Notes: a model not told the origin generated them from the sequence alone. Counted from the stretch's first letter, positions 29,700 through 44,224 are shown. The stretch is 64,000 nucleotides of DNA from Octopus sinensis (GCF_006345805.1 NC_042997.1:5766001-5830000); one strand, 5' to 3'. Made by a program: numbers and translations.

Positions 29700-30520
29700 G
29701 ATATGGTGATACTGCAGCAGGTTATGCAGTGGGGTAAAAAGGAGCAGTGGAGAACATGAAGAAGAGTTGTAGAATTCTATGCAATAATGAAAGAACTGCA
29801 TCCCTGATTTATTTGTCGTTGGGTAAAATGTATTTATTGCTGGTTGATGGTGAATCGAGTTATTTGCTATCACATATCGATGGATGAGGCTGGCATTGAT
29901 GTTCTTCCAGAGGATAAATATTCAGGAGCATTTTAAAACTGATTACTGATATTTGGAACTGATGTCTTCATATCTGACGATATCATAAATAGTTGATTAG
30001 CGACTGCTGTGCAGCCATACTATAATCCTTCTATTGATATATGCAAAAATTATAATCTTTTTTGATGTAAGGTATTAGAGAACTGTGCCCTCCTATAACC
30101 TACCATCTGAAAAGAAACAAGCGTTGTCAATATTGACAGTATTGGTTACGGCCTTACGGAATGTTTCCGGAAGTTAAGCACCTGTGAACTTGGAGATTTG
30201 CAGAACTTAACATTCTGTTTGCATTGACCTGATGATGAGAAAAGTTGTTGCCATCGAACTTTGATGGTAAGTGTTAAAGGCAAAAGCTGAATCCACTTTT
30301 TTCAAAGCAAAGTCTGCAAAGATAATTTAGTACAGCGGCTGTTTGGCGGCTTTTCACGTGAAAGCAAGAGGGATGAAACGAGTTATCTAACAAGTGAAAG
30401 GCGATATATAAGAGCTTGATTCTATTTCTAGATTAATTAAGGCATTATAGTTATTCGGTCAGGATTTGATGATGGAACTGAATAAGCTGGATGCATAAAC
30501 GGCAGCAGGCTCCAAGAAGG
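29700..30520 (-). mobile_element. Highly decayed RTE-like LINE fragment
   Basis: Weak remnants IIFADFAL (cf. LLFADD.AL) and L*YGCT (cf. LLYGCETW); many stops. Confidence 0.35.
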
Positions 30521-31003
30521 ACAATCTAGTGACTGACCTGCTTTACTTGCAATAAAGTCACTTTGTAATATACAAATACATAAAAAAGCGCAACTAACCT
30601 TGAGATCTATTACGAGTAATGCAACTAACTATTGTTTTGTAAAACAAATGGGACACCTCGCTTTGTTGTTCAGAGATATATTGAACGATTGGGGTATATT
30701 TAGAGGACTACAATTTTAAATGTGCAGTAGAATTATGCAGGTGGTGTTGTTATTGTAGCGAAAGAAGCTAAAATATAAGGTGTGTTGTATAACCAAAGCA
30801 GCTGAAATGTGCAGCAGGTTCTTGTATTCTAGGTTAACTTAAAACAATATTTCAGCCACTAATATATTTCAATTTCTCATTTCTAACACGCAAATAATAA
30901 ATATTCTGTCAATACGGATATCTAGGGAAATGCTAGTTGTTGAAGACAGAAACTTTATATATCATGTTTCATGATCATACACACATACATAGAAAGCGAG
31001 AGA

Positions 31004-31066
<63 letters not shown>

Positions 31067-33347
31067 AGTCGGTGTGTGTTTTTATGTATATGCGCAAACA
31101 CACGCATATATACAGCGAGTGAGAGAAAGAGATACAGAGAGAGGGGAGAGATGCATTTATGTGTATATATGTGGTGTAGGTGTGCGTGTTTGTATGAATA
31201 AGTTTCCTTAGTTATGCTGCTAATAAATTCCTGTAGGACATCTCTAGCGACCAACACAATATGTTTTATTTGAAATCGACAGAGGCTATGAAGTTACACA
31301 GACCCCATTTAACCAAACGGCAAAATATAATATTTTATACATGTATATGAGATATTCTGTGGTTAATGTACAAAATAAGATTATTTGGCTTTTTTCATCA
31401 CTTTTCGAAATTCGAAGAGGAACCATTCCAACTCGACATATTTCATATTGTATAGTACTGCATTATATTAGTTTTTGATGTAGGCTCTGATAAATCAAGA
31501 TAGAACCATTCCTGACAAAATATTATATTACAGAACGCTAAACAAAACTAGATATGATAATATTAGATGATATTTCGGTAACCGTATGTATTATATCGAA
31601 AGGAAACTATGAGATACGTGTTGAAATCTACATTAATATCGAAGCTCATATATTCAGAAGGCGCTGCATCTAAGCAATTTCACGACTGTTCAAAAACTTT
31701 AAATCGCCATGCAGAAAATTGAACTGCTCCTCTTAAACATTGTGGAACACAAACGAATTGCATTTAATTTCGTATACAACGATAGAAGAAATATGTGAAG
31801 AAGATGCTTGAAATACTGAAAATGAGAGGGGATTCATCTTGAACGTAGCAGACGTTTGGTTACTGAAGAATTAAAAAAAATTCTGGACAGAGTCTCTATT
31901 TTATATATTACTTGCGTAAGACAATATATGATCTCTATGCAAACATGCATGTGCACGTCCACACTCAAAATCTAGTTCACACAAATGTATATAAAATACT
32001 TGAGGAGCAGAATTTTGATAAGAACACCCAGAAAAAATGTAACATAAAGTTTATCTTCATCAACAGGGAAAATGTTCCCAAATTCTCTCTATGTAGAGAA
32101 TAGCTTTACGTCATTTGTAGAATGTCAAATACAGGACTCATCTAAGCTTTTTCAGACTGATCTGAATGCATGAAATAACACGGATTAGTTGATTCATAGC
32201 TCACATCAGAGCACTTTTTCGATAAACTGAAATCGAAAATTTACGTTTTTAAAGGAATATTTTATGTTAGCTATATTGTGAGTAGAAAAAATATATATTA
32301 CATCCTATATTTTTTTCTTTTCCGTGCAAGCAAAAAAAAACAAAACAACAGCAACAAAAAAACAATGGAATATATCTGACATATATTTGGACTTTCTAAA
32401 GTTGCTCATATATGGCTTCAATTAAGGTGGTAGCTAAAGTATAATCTGAATAATAGAGCTCTCACTGAAATCATCGATCAATTAGTTCATGCATTAAATG
32501 ATATTTTTTCTTTTTAAATGTATGCCTGTAGATTGAGCATGTAATATATACCGATACTACTGGAATATTTGCAATAACAATTCATAGCAACTGGGGCTTT
32601 CATCACGGAACTGGAGTAATCAGAATTGTTTCAAGATTCTTAGATTTTCGTAAAGGCATAAAATCAAAGTCGTCGTAATTTATATGCATTGAAAGTATCA
32701 AGAAGTTACCTACAAATGTGACAAAAAACATAGTATAAAACTGCGTCATGAGGCGAGGTTTAAATTGCATGTTTAATAATTAAGGTAAGCGTTGTATTTA
32801 AAATAGTCTAAAATGCAGTATAATTGCTGAGGAATGAACTTAGCAATCCACTTCTGAGCGCATGCGTTGCTATACAAATTCTACTGGTCTCAGTTCAACA
32901 CTATTTCTTGAACAAACATGAAATACATTACGACAGCCTCCTTGTTTTTCCTAACAAGTGATAGAATACTGTGCATTCATGTCACTTAACGCTACAGATT
33001 AAAATTTATAAAATCTGTTTAGTTATTAGGAATTTATATTTAGTTACCTTATAAAATCTCCCTTGTGAAGAAGCAGTAATGACTTATTTGGTCATATCAC
33101 AAGCGAACAAACGATATGCAAATTTGTCCTCTCGTTAGAGTTCCATTTCACATTGATTTAAATAATGAATTTTATACGCTCACACCGTTACTTGATTTCT
33201 AATAAGTGGTCAATAGAAAGAGAAACATTTCAAAGCAATAAACAGAGAACAAAATATATTCACTTTTGTTTAAATTTTCAAGGTGAAAATTAGAGAAAAC
33301 TATAGCTATATAGAGTATATCACTCGATATGTCTGTCTGTCTCTGTG

Positions 33348-33351
<4 letters not shown>

Positions 33352-33389
<38 letters not shown>

Positions 33390-33411
33390 TATATATATAT
33401 ATATAATATAT

Positions 33412-33456
<45 letters not shown>

Positions 33457-33551
33457 TTATATATTTATATATATATACATATACATATATATATACATAT
33501 ACATATATATATATTTATATATATATATACATATATATATTTATATATATT

Positions 33552-33584
<33 letters not shown>

Positions 33585-33733
33585 ATATATGTATATATGT
33601 ATATTTACATATATGTATATATGTATTTATATATATATACATATATGTATGTATGTACATATACATATACATATATGTATATATATATATACATTTACAT
33701 ATATGTATATATATATATATATATTATATATAT

Positions 33734-33810
<77 letters not shown>
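33352..33810. repeat. Long imperfect (TA)n microsatellite
   Basis: Direct inspection. Similar TA/CA tracts at 2786-3085, 3875-4130, 4497-4597, 47925-48306, 53515-53852 and 62475-62635. Confidence 0.95.
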
Positions 33811-33811
<1 letters not shown>

Positions 33812-34588
33812 GGAGAGAGAGAAGGAAAATAAAGAGAGGCGAATAAATAGATGAGAATATATGCATATAATGAAGGAGAAAAAGAATACAGGAAGAACAC
33901 CATTAGGAAATTATATACAACGTTTGTAATTTGACCGCTTCAATACAAGAAGAAATAATCTTAACGTTTTGTACTTCAGACGTTCAGCAGAAGAAACAAA
34001 GAGATTACCATAGAAATATTTAGAAAGAAAATATTCATAGAGGAAAAATCTTCCAAGTGTTAGAAGACACATGGGGATACTGTTCTATGATGGGGATAAA
34101 AAGGGAAAGGGTTGAGTATATAGAAGTATAAGAGTACATTCATGTTTAGAACTATGCAAAATAAAGTACGGCGTCTGTGTGATCTAGCATATCTAATTAT
34201 AGGTTAGAAATATGACAGATCAGAAGAATAGAGGCGTATGTAAGTGGTGGTATGAGTGTAAAGATTAGAAGAGTGGCATGACGTCATGTTTGTGAGTTAG
34301 TGTTTCGAGTATTTGGCTCACGATCATAATGTTCAGAGTTGTGTCCTCGGAAAGGGCACTTCATTTCTCATTTCTCCAGGTGACTCAGCTGACAAAAATG
34401 TGTACACAACTTATTTCAAATGACCAGCCTTGTAACGTTCTTTATGACGCTGATTCTCCATGAAAAGTATGTTACGGTTAGGTGTGCCTGTGGCCCATTA
34501 CACCATAGACAAGCCGGAGGCATATAAGGAGGTATATGGATAAACACTGAGAGGCACGCACACATTCATACATATACGCACAAGACTT

Positions 34589-34940
34589 GTAAGTAGCTTG
34601 CTTACCAACCATATGGTTCCGGGTTCAGTCCCACTGGTTGGCATCTTGGGCAAGTGTTTCTACTATAGCCTCGGGCCAACCAAAGCCTTGTGAGTGGGTT
34701 TGGTAGACGGAAACCGAAGGAAGTCAGACGTATATATGTATGCAGATGTATGCGTGCATATTTAAGTGTCTGTGTTTGTCCCCTTAGCATTGCTTGACAA
34801 CCGATGGTGGTGTGCTTATGTCCCCGTCCTTTAGCAATTTAACAAAAGAGACCGATAGAATAAGTCCCGGGATCGATTTGCTCGACGAAAGGCGGTGCTC
34901 CAGCATGGCCGCAGTCAAATAACTGAAAAACGTAAAAGTG
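34589..34940 (+). mobile_element. tRNA-derived SINE family B (octopus OR-type)
   Basis: ggttccgggttcagtcccactg..ttgggcaagtg..tactatagcctcgggcc..ggcggtgctccagcatggccgcagtc; second copy in opposite orientation at 21940. Confidence 0.8.
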
Positions 34941-36164
34941 TAATGAGAGTAAAGAGTATATATATATAAATTGTAATACGTAAAGGTCAGATCTATGTAT
35001 CCAGGTGTAAGAAGTTGGTAAGCTTCGAGCAGTCCGTAGAAGATATACGAAACAACTTTCAAGAAAAATAATGGTTTACTGACGCAGATGGATGAACATT
35101 TTTCCCCATATCGAATCTCGATAAGCTGAAAAATGTTTTTTTATAGTTCACAGCGGATTTAATATTTCTCATTCGCAAAATGAGCCCAACTTACTTTTGC
35201 TCAGATCGCTTTCAATTTTGGTGTATCGATACCACTGCGAATCTTGACCGCGATCAGCCAATTGCTTTATCTGGTAAATTTAAAAAATCTGATGTATTTG
35301 GAATTAAAGTTGGGAAATTTCGGTAATATTAAGTAGTCAACAGACAACGTGGGATTAGCAGCTTCTTAAAATGACAACGGCATATTGTGTTGTGGTTCAC
35401 TGTTGCCTGTGCCACTGTTTTCTATGTTGATTCTTCTCAACAGGTGATTCTTTTCACTCGCGTGTTTTATTTTAATCTTCCCGTGCGTTAGTATGTTTCT
35501 GAGCTTTTACTATGTGTACCAATTTTTACATGATTTTCATTTCATATATTTTTGGGACTCATTGACTCAGAGAGCTGTATCTATTATTTCACAAGGTTAA
35601 TTCTATTAATAAAAGTTTAAATTAGGAGTTATTCTTAAACCGCTAGCTTCACATTGCAACAGCTTACCTGAAATTTAGCCAAAGTAACAGCAAATCAGAG
35701 GGCTATCGCGGAGCGGAGAAACTGTGGGTCAAACAGATAATTCGACGTTAGTTTTGAATTCTGCATGGAAAAATATATCAGATGCAGGTATTCTTTTCCT
35801 TGGCAAAAAATGTTTGTTAACCAGTGTTATTCTAATCGCAGTTTACATATCCAAGTGTGAAAACGTTATTCAAATTTGGAATTTTAGAGACAGACGCACA
35901 CTTTTCCCACACACTCACACACACAAACAAATGCATTTATATATCAATGGTGTACATAAATGCATGGCAGGTATACATAACATTGCAGTACACATAAAGT
36001 AAACACATGCAGATAAATATATTAATATAGAACATTTTTTTAAATTATTAAAAAAAAAAATAAATGTAGAGACGAAAGAAACAGTAAAATGATGTATGTT
36101 GATTTTATTACGTATTTCTGTTTATTTAAAAACTTACAATGACAGTAGGTATTTGTAGTTCTAT

Positions 36165-36461
36165 ATATGAGATGAGGAAATATGTACATTATTTATACTA
36201 TTTACATTATTTATATTTGACGAATATTTATCCTCATTTTGTTTGTTGTTAACACTACTTTTCGGCTGATATACCCTCCAGTCTCCATCAGGTGTCTTGG
36301 GGACATTTCTAACCAGGATTCTCATTTCTAAAGTATTTTTTGATGTAATAATAATAATACTAATACTAATAATAATAATAATATAATAATAATAATAATA
36401 AGAATAATAATAATAATAATATTAATAATAATAATAATAATAATTAATAATAATAATAATA

Positions 36462-36560
<99 letters not shown>

Positions 36561-36660
36561 GAGGTTACAACATGGAATCGAACTCGGAATCTTGGGGTTA
36601 AGAGCGCGGGGCTACTAACCCTAAGAATTCGAGTCCGATTCCAGTATGTGATCTGAATAA
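36165..36660 (-). mobile_element. tRNA-like head + (AAT)n + degenerate hammerhead repeat, with 5' fold-back inversion
   Basis: Minus-strand tRNA-like segment 36561-36600 is followed by an inverted copy at 36601-36660. Hammerhead-like ACAC-CTGATGG..CAGCC-GAAA.GTA-GTGT at 36252-36295 (minus). The same head occurs at 5866-5950. Confidence 0.6.
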
Positions 36661-36901
36661 TAACAACAATAATAAAAAGTAATAATAATAATGATAATAA
36701 TAATACTAATATTATTATTATAATTATTATACATGATAACTATTTTTATTTTTCATTCCCTTCGAGATTTTATTCCTAATTAGTGGTTTGGACTTTAGCT
36801 GTTTCTTCGAGCTAAAGATGAGTCCTATGATAGACACCTCTTAATGTGTTTAAATGCACACTGTATTTTATATGCATATATATATATCATATGTATAAAA
36901 A

Positions 36902-37157
36902 GAGGAGTCCCTTCACTCAGGAATGACCAAAGGATTGCACCTACACAGTTACCCTCTGAAGCACAAGTCTGGGCAATGTTGTTTAACGGAAGACTAGCAG
37001 TAGCCCATGAACACCAGCCCCCCTCCCGACGCCACTAATGATATCCAAGAGAAAGGCAAAGCAGATACAGTTTGGCACCAGTGAAGTCGAAACTCATTTC
37101 TACAGCTGAGTGAACTGGAGCAACGTTAAATTAAGTGTGTTGCTCAAGAACACAACA
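36902..37157 (-). mobile_element. SINE family D (5' truncated)
   Basis: aactcatttctacagctgagtgaactggagcaacg..tgctcaagaacacaac is the reverse complement of the family D core. Confidence 0.7.
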
Positions 37158-37251
37158 TGGGCTGCGTGTTGTGTACTTCAGCAAGTCACTTAATTTCACG
37201 TCGCTTCAGTTCAATCAGCTGTAGCATATATATATATATATATATATATAT

Positions 37252-37272
37252 ACATTACAATAATACTTTTAT

Positions 37273-37361
<89 letters not shown>

Positions 37362-37377
37362 CATTACGATAATACTT

Positions 37378-37439
<62 letters not shown>

Positions 37440-37469
37440 ATACATATAGATACGTTACAATAATACTTT

Positions 37470-37506
<37 letters not shown>

Positions 37507-37522
37507 TACAATAATACTTTTA
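37252..37522. repeat. 20-bp motif (acattacaataatactttta) repeated 4x, separated by (TA)n
   Basis: Copies at ~37252, 37361, 37452 and 37503. Confidence 0.85.
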
Positions 37523-37548
37523 TATATACACACACACACACACACACG

Positions 37549-37630
<82 letters not shown>

Positions 37631-38729
37631 TATATATGTATGCGTGTATGTATTGCAATGTAATTTTCTATTAACTCAGTATGATTCCCTCCATATTTTT
37701 ACATATTTGGAGTGTCTTATAACAGATGAAATGAAGTATCATATTTTTTCCGTATGTTCGTGCAATATGCTTTCACGGCAGAGACCTGCCTTTTGTATGT
37801 TAATAATTCACTTTCGAAACCATTTTATTTTATTGACGTTTCGTATACCGCCGGGTTCAATGGATTCGTCTTTTGGGTCCATTCACTTATATTGCCTATT
37901 TGATTAGTATTGACATCTATTGTCTCCTGAGACAAATAGTTTCTTCCTTACTTCACAAGAGTATTTAGCTATGGGAGCAGCGCTAAAGGAATTCACCGAC
38001 ATTTGCCGTTTAACACATTTGTATTTTGTGAGGGGGGAGGGAATTCTTGAAATATACTTGGCAGCTTCGAGCTGGTTGTCTTCTGTAAATATTCAAATAC
38101 AGCGATCTCTTCAATAAACATTTACCCCTCTGGGCCTTGTGAAGCATTCAGATACTCAAGCTGATATTGAATATAGAGTTCGTCGAAATTATAGGTCAGA
38201 ATTTTTTACTCTGTAAAAAATTAGAATTCTGTGATTTCATATATATAAGAAGCATTAATTTTGTTTTCTAAAATTAAATTATTCAAGTGATTTCGTAATA
38301 TTGTTTTTTTTCCTTTTCTGCGAACTTCTATTCGGTGATGTGTATTAACACATATTTCCTGTATTCTTACATATACTCTGTATTTTTTTAGAAACATAGC
38401 GCTGTTAGAGATATTTCTCTGTTATATCGAACATATTGTTTGACTGCAGCTCTGTTTAAACCAGCATAATATGATGTTAGTTACACGTCGGTAGGTACGT
38501 TTTCCATAGTACGTAGGTCCAGCCGACCCACAAGAACACAGAAAGTTAATATTATGAAATGTGTCACTGTCTATGTATACATGCCGATAAATGTATGAAT
38601 TGCATACAATAATCTAACGCATAGAAAAGGAGCTCGATTGAATTTTAGCAGTTCTTAAATTCAATATATATTTACAAAGATTTGGTCTCCAGAATAAGAC
38701 TTTAAGAACTTTAAGTAAATTGTGCGATA

Positions 38730-39560
38730 AACTTTACTGGATATAATGCATTGTTTAAATCCTCAATCAGAGAAGGAATCAGTATGTGCTACCCTATTGA
38801 GGACAACCTATACAGCAGATGGTAGGAAGTTATGTCAAGAGATTTGATTGAGACCCCTTTAACAGAATGAATGCGTATATAGGTACCCAGAATATAGGTG
38901 ATTAAACAAAGTGAATAGATATATTGGCACTCGAAACATAGGCTAAATTTCACTGACAAGCATTACTGAAGTGGAGCCTGCCATAGAAGGAATTTATCGA
39001 AAGTTTCGTGCAGTGGGATGAAATCTCAATCATGTGAATATGCGCCGTGATATGGATGCTGAAACCTCAGAAGATTAAACGATGGAAGGTAACTCAATGA
39101 AGCATGTGCTCAATATAATGCTAGGAAATCCTATGTGTCAGACTCTTCAATTGCACCGTCCTATCATCACTGTCACACGCAGGAGAGACATGGGCTACTG
39201 CAAAGAGCTTAGAACAGATTGGCAACGACGCAAAGGGATATGAAGATATACATACTAGCAATAGCATTACAAGAGCATATTTGAAGCGGGATCAGCCGTA
39301 AAAGGAGCAGAAGTAAAGATGTTATCGCAGAATACCTAAAGCACACGTTCATCTAAGTCGAACATATCACAAGGTTCACAGACAATAAGTGGACCCATGC
39401 AGTTGCCGAGTGGCAACGAATGAACCGGAAAATGCCTCTTGGAAAGCTTCCACGACGATGGGAAGACGATCTAGTTATGCAATTATGGTCAAGGTAGAAA
39501 AAAATGGCACAATCGAGACAGAATAGGAAGCACCTTATGAACAGTAGTGTATAACATCAT
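38730..39560 (+). mobile_element. Decayed RTE-clade LINE, 3' part
   Basis: RLFNCTVLSSLSHAGETWAT..TQRDM; EHITRFTDNKWTHAVAEW..GKLPRRWEDDL (RTE C-terminal motif GHVAR..D.RW..EW..GRP..RW.DD). Confidence 0.7.
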
Positions 39561-39599
39561 ATGATGGTTTGGTCGATGCAGTGATATGAACATACTCAA

Positions 39600-39833
39600 G
39601 GCGGCAAGCTAGCTGAAACGTTAGCACCCCGGGCGAAATGCGTAGCCGTATTTCGTCTGCCGTTTCGTTCTGAGTTCAAATTCCGCCGAGGTCGACTTTG
39701 CCTTTCATCCTTTCGGGGTCGATTAAATAAGTAGCAGTTATTCACTGGGGTCGGTAAAATCGATTTAAGCCGTTTCTCTGTCCTTGTTTGTCCTCTCTAT
39801 GTTTAGCCCCTTGTGGATAGTAAAGAAAATAGG
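39600..39833 (+). mobile_element. SINE family A, monomer
   Basis: Full head, core and tail; TSD tatgaa(c/t)atactca. Confidence 0.9.
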
Positions 39834-39886
39834 TATGAATATACTCATATATATATGTATATAGAGAGAGAGACATGCACCTCTAT

Positions 39887-39920
<34 letters not shown>

Positions 39921-39962
39921 TTCCATAATATACATACCAATATCAATGTAGCTATTTTGTAG

Positions 39963-40225
39963 TGGAGATGCGTAGCTCAGTGGTTAGAATATCGAGCTCA
40001 CATTCATGTGGTAGTGAGTTCGATTCCCGTTCGAAGCTTGTGTTGTGCAAAGCACTTTATTTTGCGTTGATCCAGTTCATTCAGCTGTAGAAATGAGTTT
40101 CGACGTCACTAGCATCGGGCTGTATCGGCATTTGCATTTCTCATGGATCACATCGGTGATGGGTGCCCAGAGGTTACTCTTCTAGGTGCAATCCCATTGT
40201 CATACATAACCGAAAGGAATCTTAG
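39963..40225 (+). mobile_element. SINE family D
   Basis: tagctcagtggttag..gagttcgattccc..cagctgtagaaatgagtt. Confidence 0.75.
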
Positions 40226-40394
40226 TATTTTCATATATGACGGACACGTAAACAGTTTCCGTCTCTTAAATTCAATTGCGTCATTGCATATTCCTCGACC
40301 TGCAAGTAGTTGTAGCCAAATTGAACACTGTGGTAGACATTGTATACCTAGTCCATGACACTTGTATTTGAGAGAAGGGTGATCCACTCATAGC

Positions 40395-40625
40395 GGTAAT
40401 ATCTTTCATCTAATACTTTCACATGGTAGCACAAGGCCAGAAATTTGGTGGAATGGTGTAAGTCGATAAGATCGTTCCAGTGATAAACTGGTACGTATTT
40501 TATCGGCACCGAAATGATGCAAGTCAAAGTGTATCTCAGCATAATTTGTACTCAGAAATTAATAACAGACGAAGATCCCCCCCTCCCGAAAAAAATTCCT
40601 CTGCGTGCTAGCAATTCTACCATTT
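40395..40625 (-). mobile_element. Degenerate SINE family A copy
   Basis: gcacaaggccagaaattt tail plus a diverged core on the minus strand. Confidence 0.6.
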
Positions 40626-40703
40626 CGTCTTTCGTCTGATGATAATTATAATTTCTAGGCAGACGATCTGAAATTTGGTGGTAGATTAACAATAGAGTAT
40701 ATC

Positions 40704-40936
40704 TATTTCTTTACTACCCACAAGGGGCTAAACACAGAGAGGACAAACAAGGACAGTCAAAAGGATTAAGTCGATTACATCGACCCTATTGCGTAACAGG
40801 TACTTAATTTATCGATCTCCGAAAGGATGAAAGGCAAAGTCGACCTCGGCGAAATTTGAACTCAGAACGTAGTGGCAGACGAAATACAGCTACGCATTTC
40901 ACCCGGCGTGCTAGCGTTTCTGCCAGCTCTCCGCCT
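40704..40936 (-). mobile_element. SINE family A, monomer
   Basis: Reverse complement of the 39600 copy; TSD caatagagtatatc at 40690-703 and 40941-54. Confidence 0.9.
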
Positions 40937-43900
40937 TCCCCAATAGAGTATATCGTCACTTATACTTCATCGGCACTTTTTATTATCGGTCTTGCAAGTT
41001 TGAAAAGTAAAGAGACACCACCAGTGGAATTTGAACTGAAAATAAATTGCGGCGCAAAATAACAGTAAGTATCTTATCTGACACACCAACGACTTCGAAA
41101 AAAATAACGGTTTTACTCGGTTCACGAGGGAAGCAAAAAACTGTTGATGTGGACAATCTGAAACCCGAACGTAAATAATCGGAAAGCATGCCACAGTTTA
41201 CTTTGTTCAAAACTGACGTATCAGCCACTCCGGATACATATGTAAGTTCTTGAAACGAACGTATAATTCCGTTTAAAATACCAATAATTGGTTTTGTGAG
41301 TTGCGCAGTTTCGAGCGCCGAAAAGTTTGACACTGTTTTACTAACTTTCCGGAATAGCCAACTCATGTTTTTTCCCTCTGCAATCACATTTATAACACTA
41401 TAGGAATAGGGGCTTATACACTGAAAGATAGCAAAAAATATGGTATTTGTATACCTAGTATACGTATTAAAGTTCCATGTCAAAAACTGTTTATTTCCTC
41501 ATGATTTTCTCCATTTCTATGTTATCACTGAAATTCCTTCGTCAGTTTGGATTAATTTTACACTTAAATATTTATATTTTACGCTTTGCTAACATTTTAA
41601 AAAGTTTAAGTCAATACATAGACGACAAGCAAAATGGAAAACGAATATATCACCGTGTAGACACACAAACACAGCTAAATCCACACACGCACATTTATCC
41701 AGATGTAGACCTCCCCACGCATACATACCTCTCATCATGCGAGTTTGTGTGTGTATATATAAATTTGAGAACGTATCTTTGCGTGTGTTATCTTTTAAAA
41801 TATAAAAATTATTCCCATACAGATATACATCGATATTTGTGGATATTGTATCTATGTTTTATGCATACAGTTGTGGGTTAATAATCTTGTAATAACTGGT
41901 CGAAGTGCAATATTATAATTGCAATTCTGTATTTTGTATACTGCGAAAAATGAGTCAATATAAAATACCACAATCTTCACAAAATTCCAGCTGGATAGAT
42001 TAGTGTATATGCCATTGATTAACCATAAATACGTGTAACGTAAAGTTTACTCACAAGGATGTGCTATTGCGTATCAGAGACTGAAAGATTGCTCAAAACA
42101 GTGCATAACGTAATTAAGCTGCCGCGTGAGTGTTTTTTTGTTTGTTTACCATGTTCTTCATTCACAGCATTAATGTGAAAATATAACACGAGTGTATATA
42201 TCATTTGCATTATACGTGTAGTGATACCCGTATAAAGGATAAGATATTTACACATACGCATATACATATAAGAATATGTGTGAGTGGTGTGTGCGTACCT
42301 ATATGTGTATACATACACGCACACTCTCTCTCTCTATCACACATACACACACACACACATATATATGTATAACCTATAGACGTATATATATATATGTTTA
42401 TAACTGCATCAATATATGACTATATATTCTTATATATTTGTAAGTAAATATATAAATTTTATATAAATACACGTACATGAATAGAGAGATACACTTATAC
42501 ATACGCGTGTTGGTGTCTTTGGGAGGTGGGTGCTTACGTGCGTATAATCGTCTCTTTGTGTGCGTCTATGTGTGCTTTAGAGTGTATTCAGAGAAGCTCT
42601 TACACAAGAATGGTCAAATGTGCTTGCGTTTAATACCAACGTATATCAGCACGCCTATAACAATATCTGTCATTTTATATTCGAAAATCGGTAGTCCTGA
42701 CGTTGAGCAATTTTTTTTCCTCGATCCTACATGGATCATTTTTTATGTTATTTTAGTCGTTTTTCAAAAATGTTTCTCTGACACGAAGAAGGAAGAAAAT
42801 TGCATATAAATAGTTTGTTTCATAAGAAATGTATATGATATATTTCTTATATAATAGAGAAGAAAATGACCTATAGCTTAATTGCAGCATCGATAATGGG
42901 ACGAACAAACAAAACCAAAGAAAATGAATTATAAGAAACAAATTTACCAGCGAAAGAAACTAAATATGAAGCATTTTATTTGTCGTTCAAAAATTCGCTG
43001 AGGAATATTTATGTATATCATTTTATGTCCTCTTTTAGCTCTGAATAGAATTATAGCATTACTGGGTGTGCAATGATAATATTCACGGAAGTATGTAGCT
43101 ATATACATTTGCTTCAGGCTTTATACCTTAAAGTTTTCATGCAACCCATGTCATTTTGTAATAAAGAAAAGACACATAACAGCAAGAAACAGGATTCATT
43201 TATTATTTTTTACATATGTTGTGATCGTTTTTTCTCCTGTTCAATTTCTGTGGGTTTTAGACGAAATTTTTTGCTCTGTTTTTGTTTTTTCCATTACAGT
43301 AATAACTAAAAAACGCTCGTAATTTTATAATTTTTTTCACATAACATTTATTATTTCTTCCCTTTCGTATACATATTTCTGTTTTATGTGCTATTCATGC
43401 ATTTGTAATAGACATCTAAGGTCAGAAACACAGCTGGAATGTGCATTTCTTTTCTTAGTCATTTTTTTTTTTACTTTGCTTTACTAACATTATTCATGGC
43501 TTCGCAATATCAAAAAATGTTTTATTTCAGGTTCTAATTTTCTAAACATTATATTTAGAGAATTAATTATCATTATTTCATTTTTACCTTTTAAGAGGAA
43601 GAATTTATAGCTCACAGGCAAATATTGGTTCCTTACTAACTTAATTGTCTAAATCAAGCATCCTTTAATTATAAATTATATATTCATCATGGCATTATTG
43701 AAATACGTGTATAATTTCATACCATTTCATACGACCTCCTTCTAGTATGATGTGTTATGATTCCGAAACGTAACAAACTGATAGCCTCATAATGGGTCAA
43801 ACTTCATATGAATGTAACGCCTATGGATTTCACCGATACTCATTGTATGATTTGTTTCTGCATGTTAAATTTGAGGATTTGGCTAAAAAACTGCATGTCC

Positions 43901-44163
43901 TGCATACCTCAGCCTAGGATATTGACTAGAAGAGTGTTATTTGTATGTTTAACATACACAAATAAAAAAACAAAAATGGTGAGGTTGACGCGGCATCACA
44001 AGGTGCCACGAAAGCCGTAATGAATTTCGATAGATTTTCTATTCTATAAACGTCTGTAATCTTCACCTTGTATATGATTCATTCTGAAAATAATAAAATC
44101 TTTCATTTTATCTGCATACGTCCAGTCAATTTATTGCTCATTTTCGCATACATACATACACAT

Positions 44164-44224
<61 letters not shown>

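Larger units (their letters stand above)
34980..41377 (-). pseudogene. Candidate decayed multi-exon gene (EGF-repeat / single-pass receptor-like)
   Basis: Minus-strand segments with splice-like ends: 41377-41202 (or -41078), 38082-37952 (tttacag/gtaagg, phase 1->0), 35270-35195 (ttaccag/gtaagt, phase 0->1), and 35125-~34980 encoding YGEKCSSIC after a frameshift. Confidence 0.35.

Noticed and set aside
37252-37522. CRISPR-like repeat-spacer appearance
   Set aside because: The spacers are (TA)n of variable length, there are no cas genes, and the context is eukaryotic.
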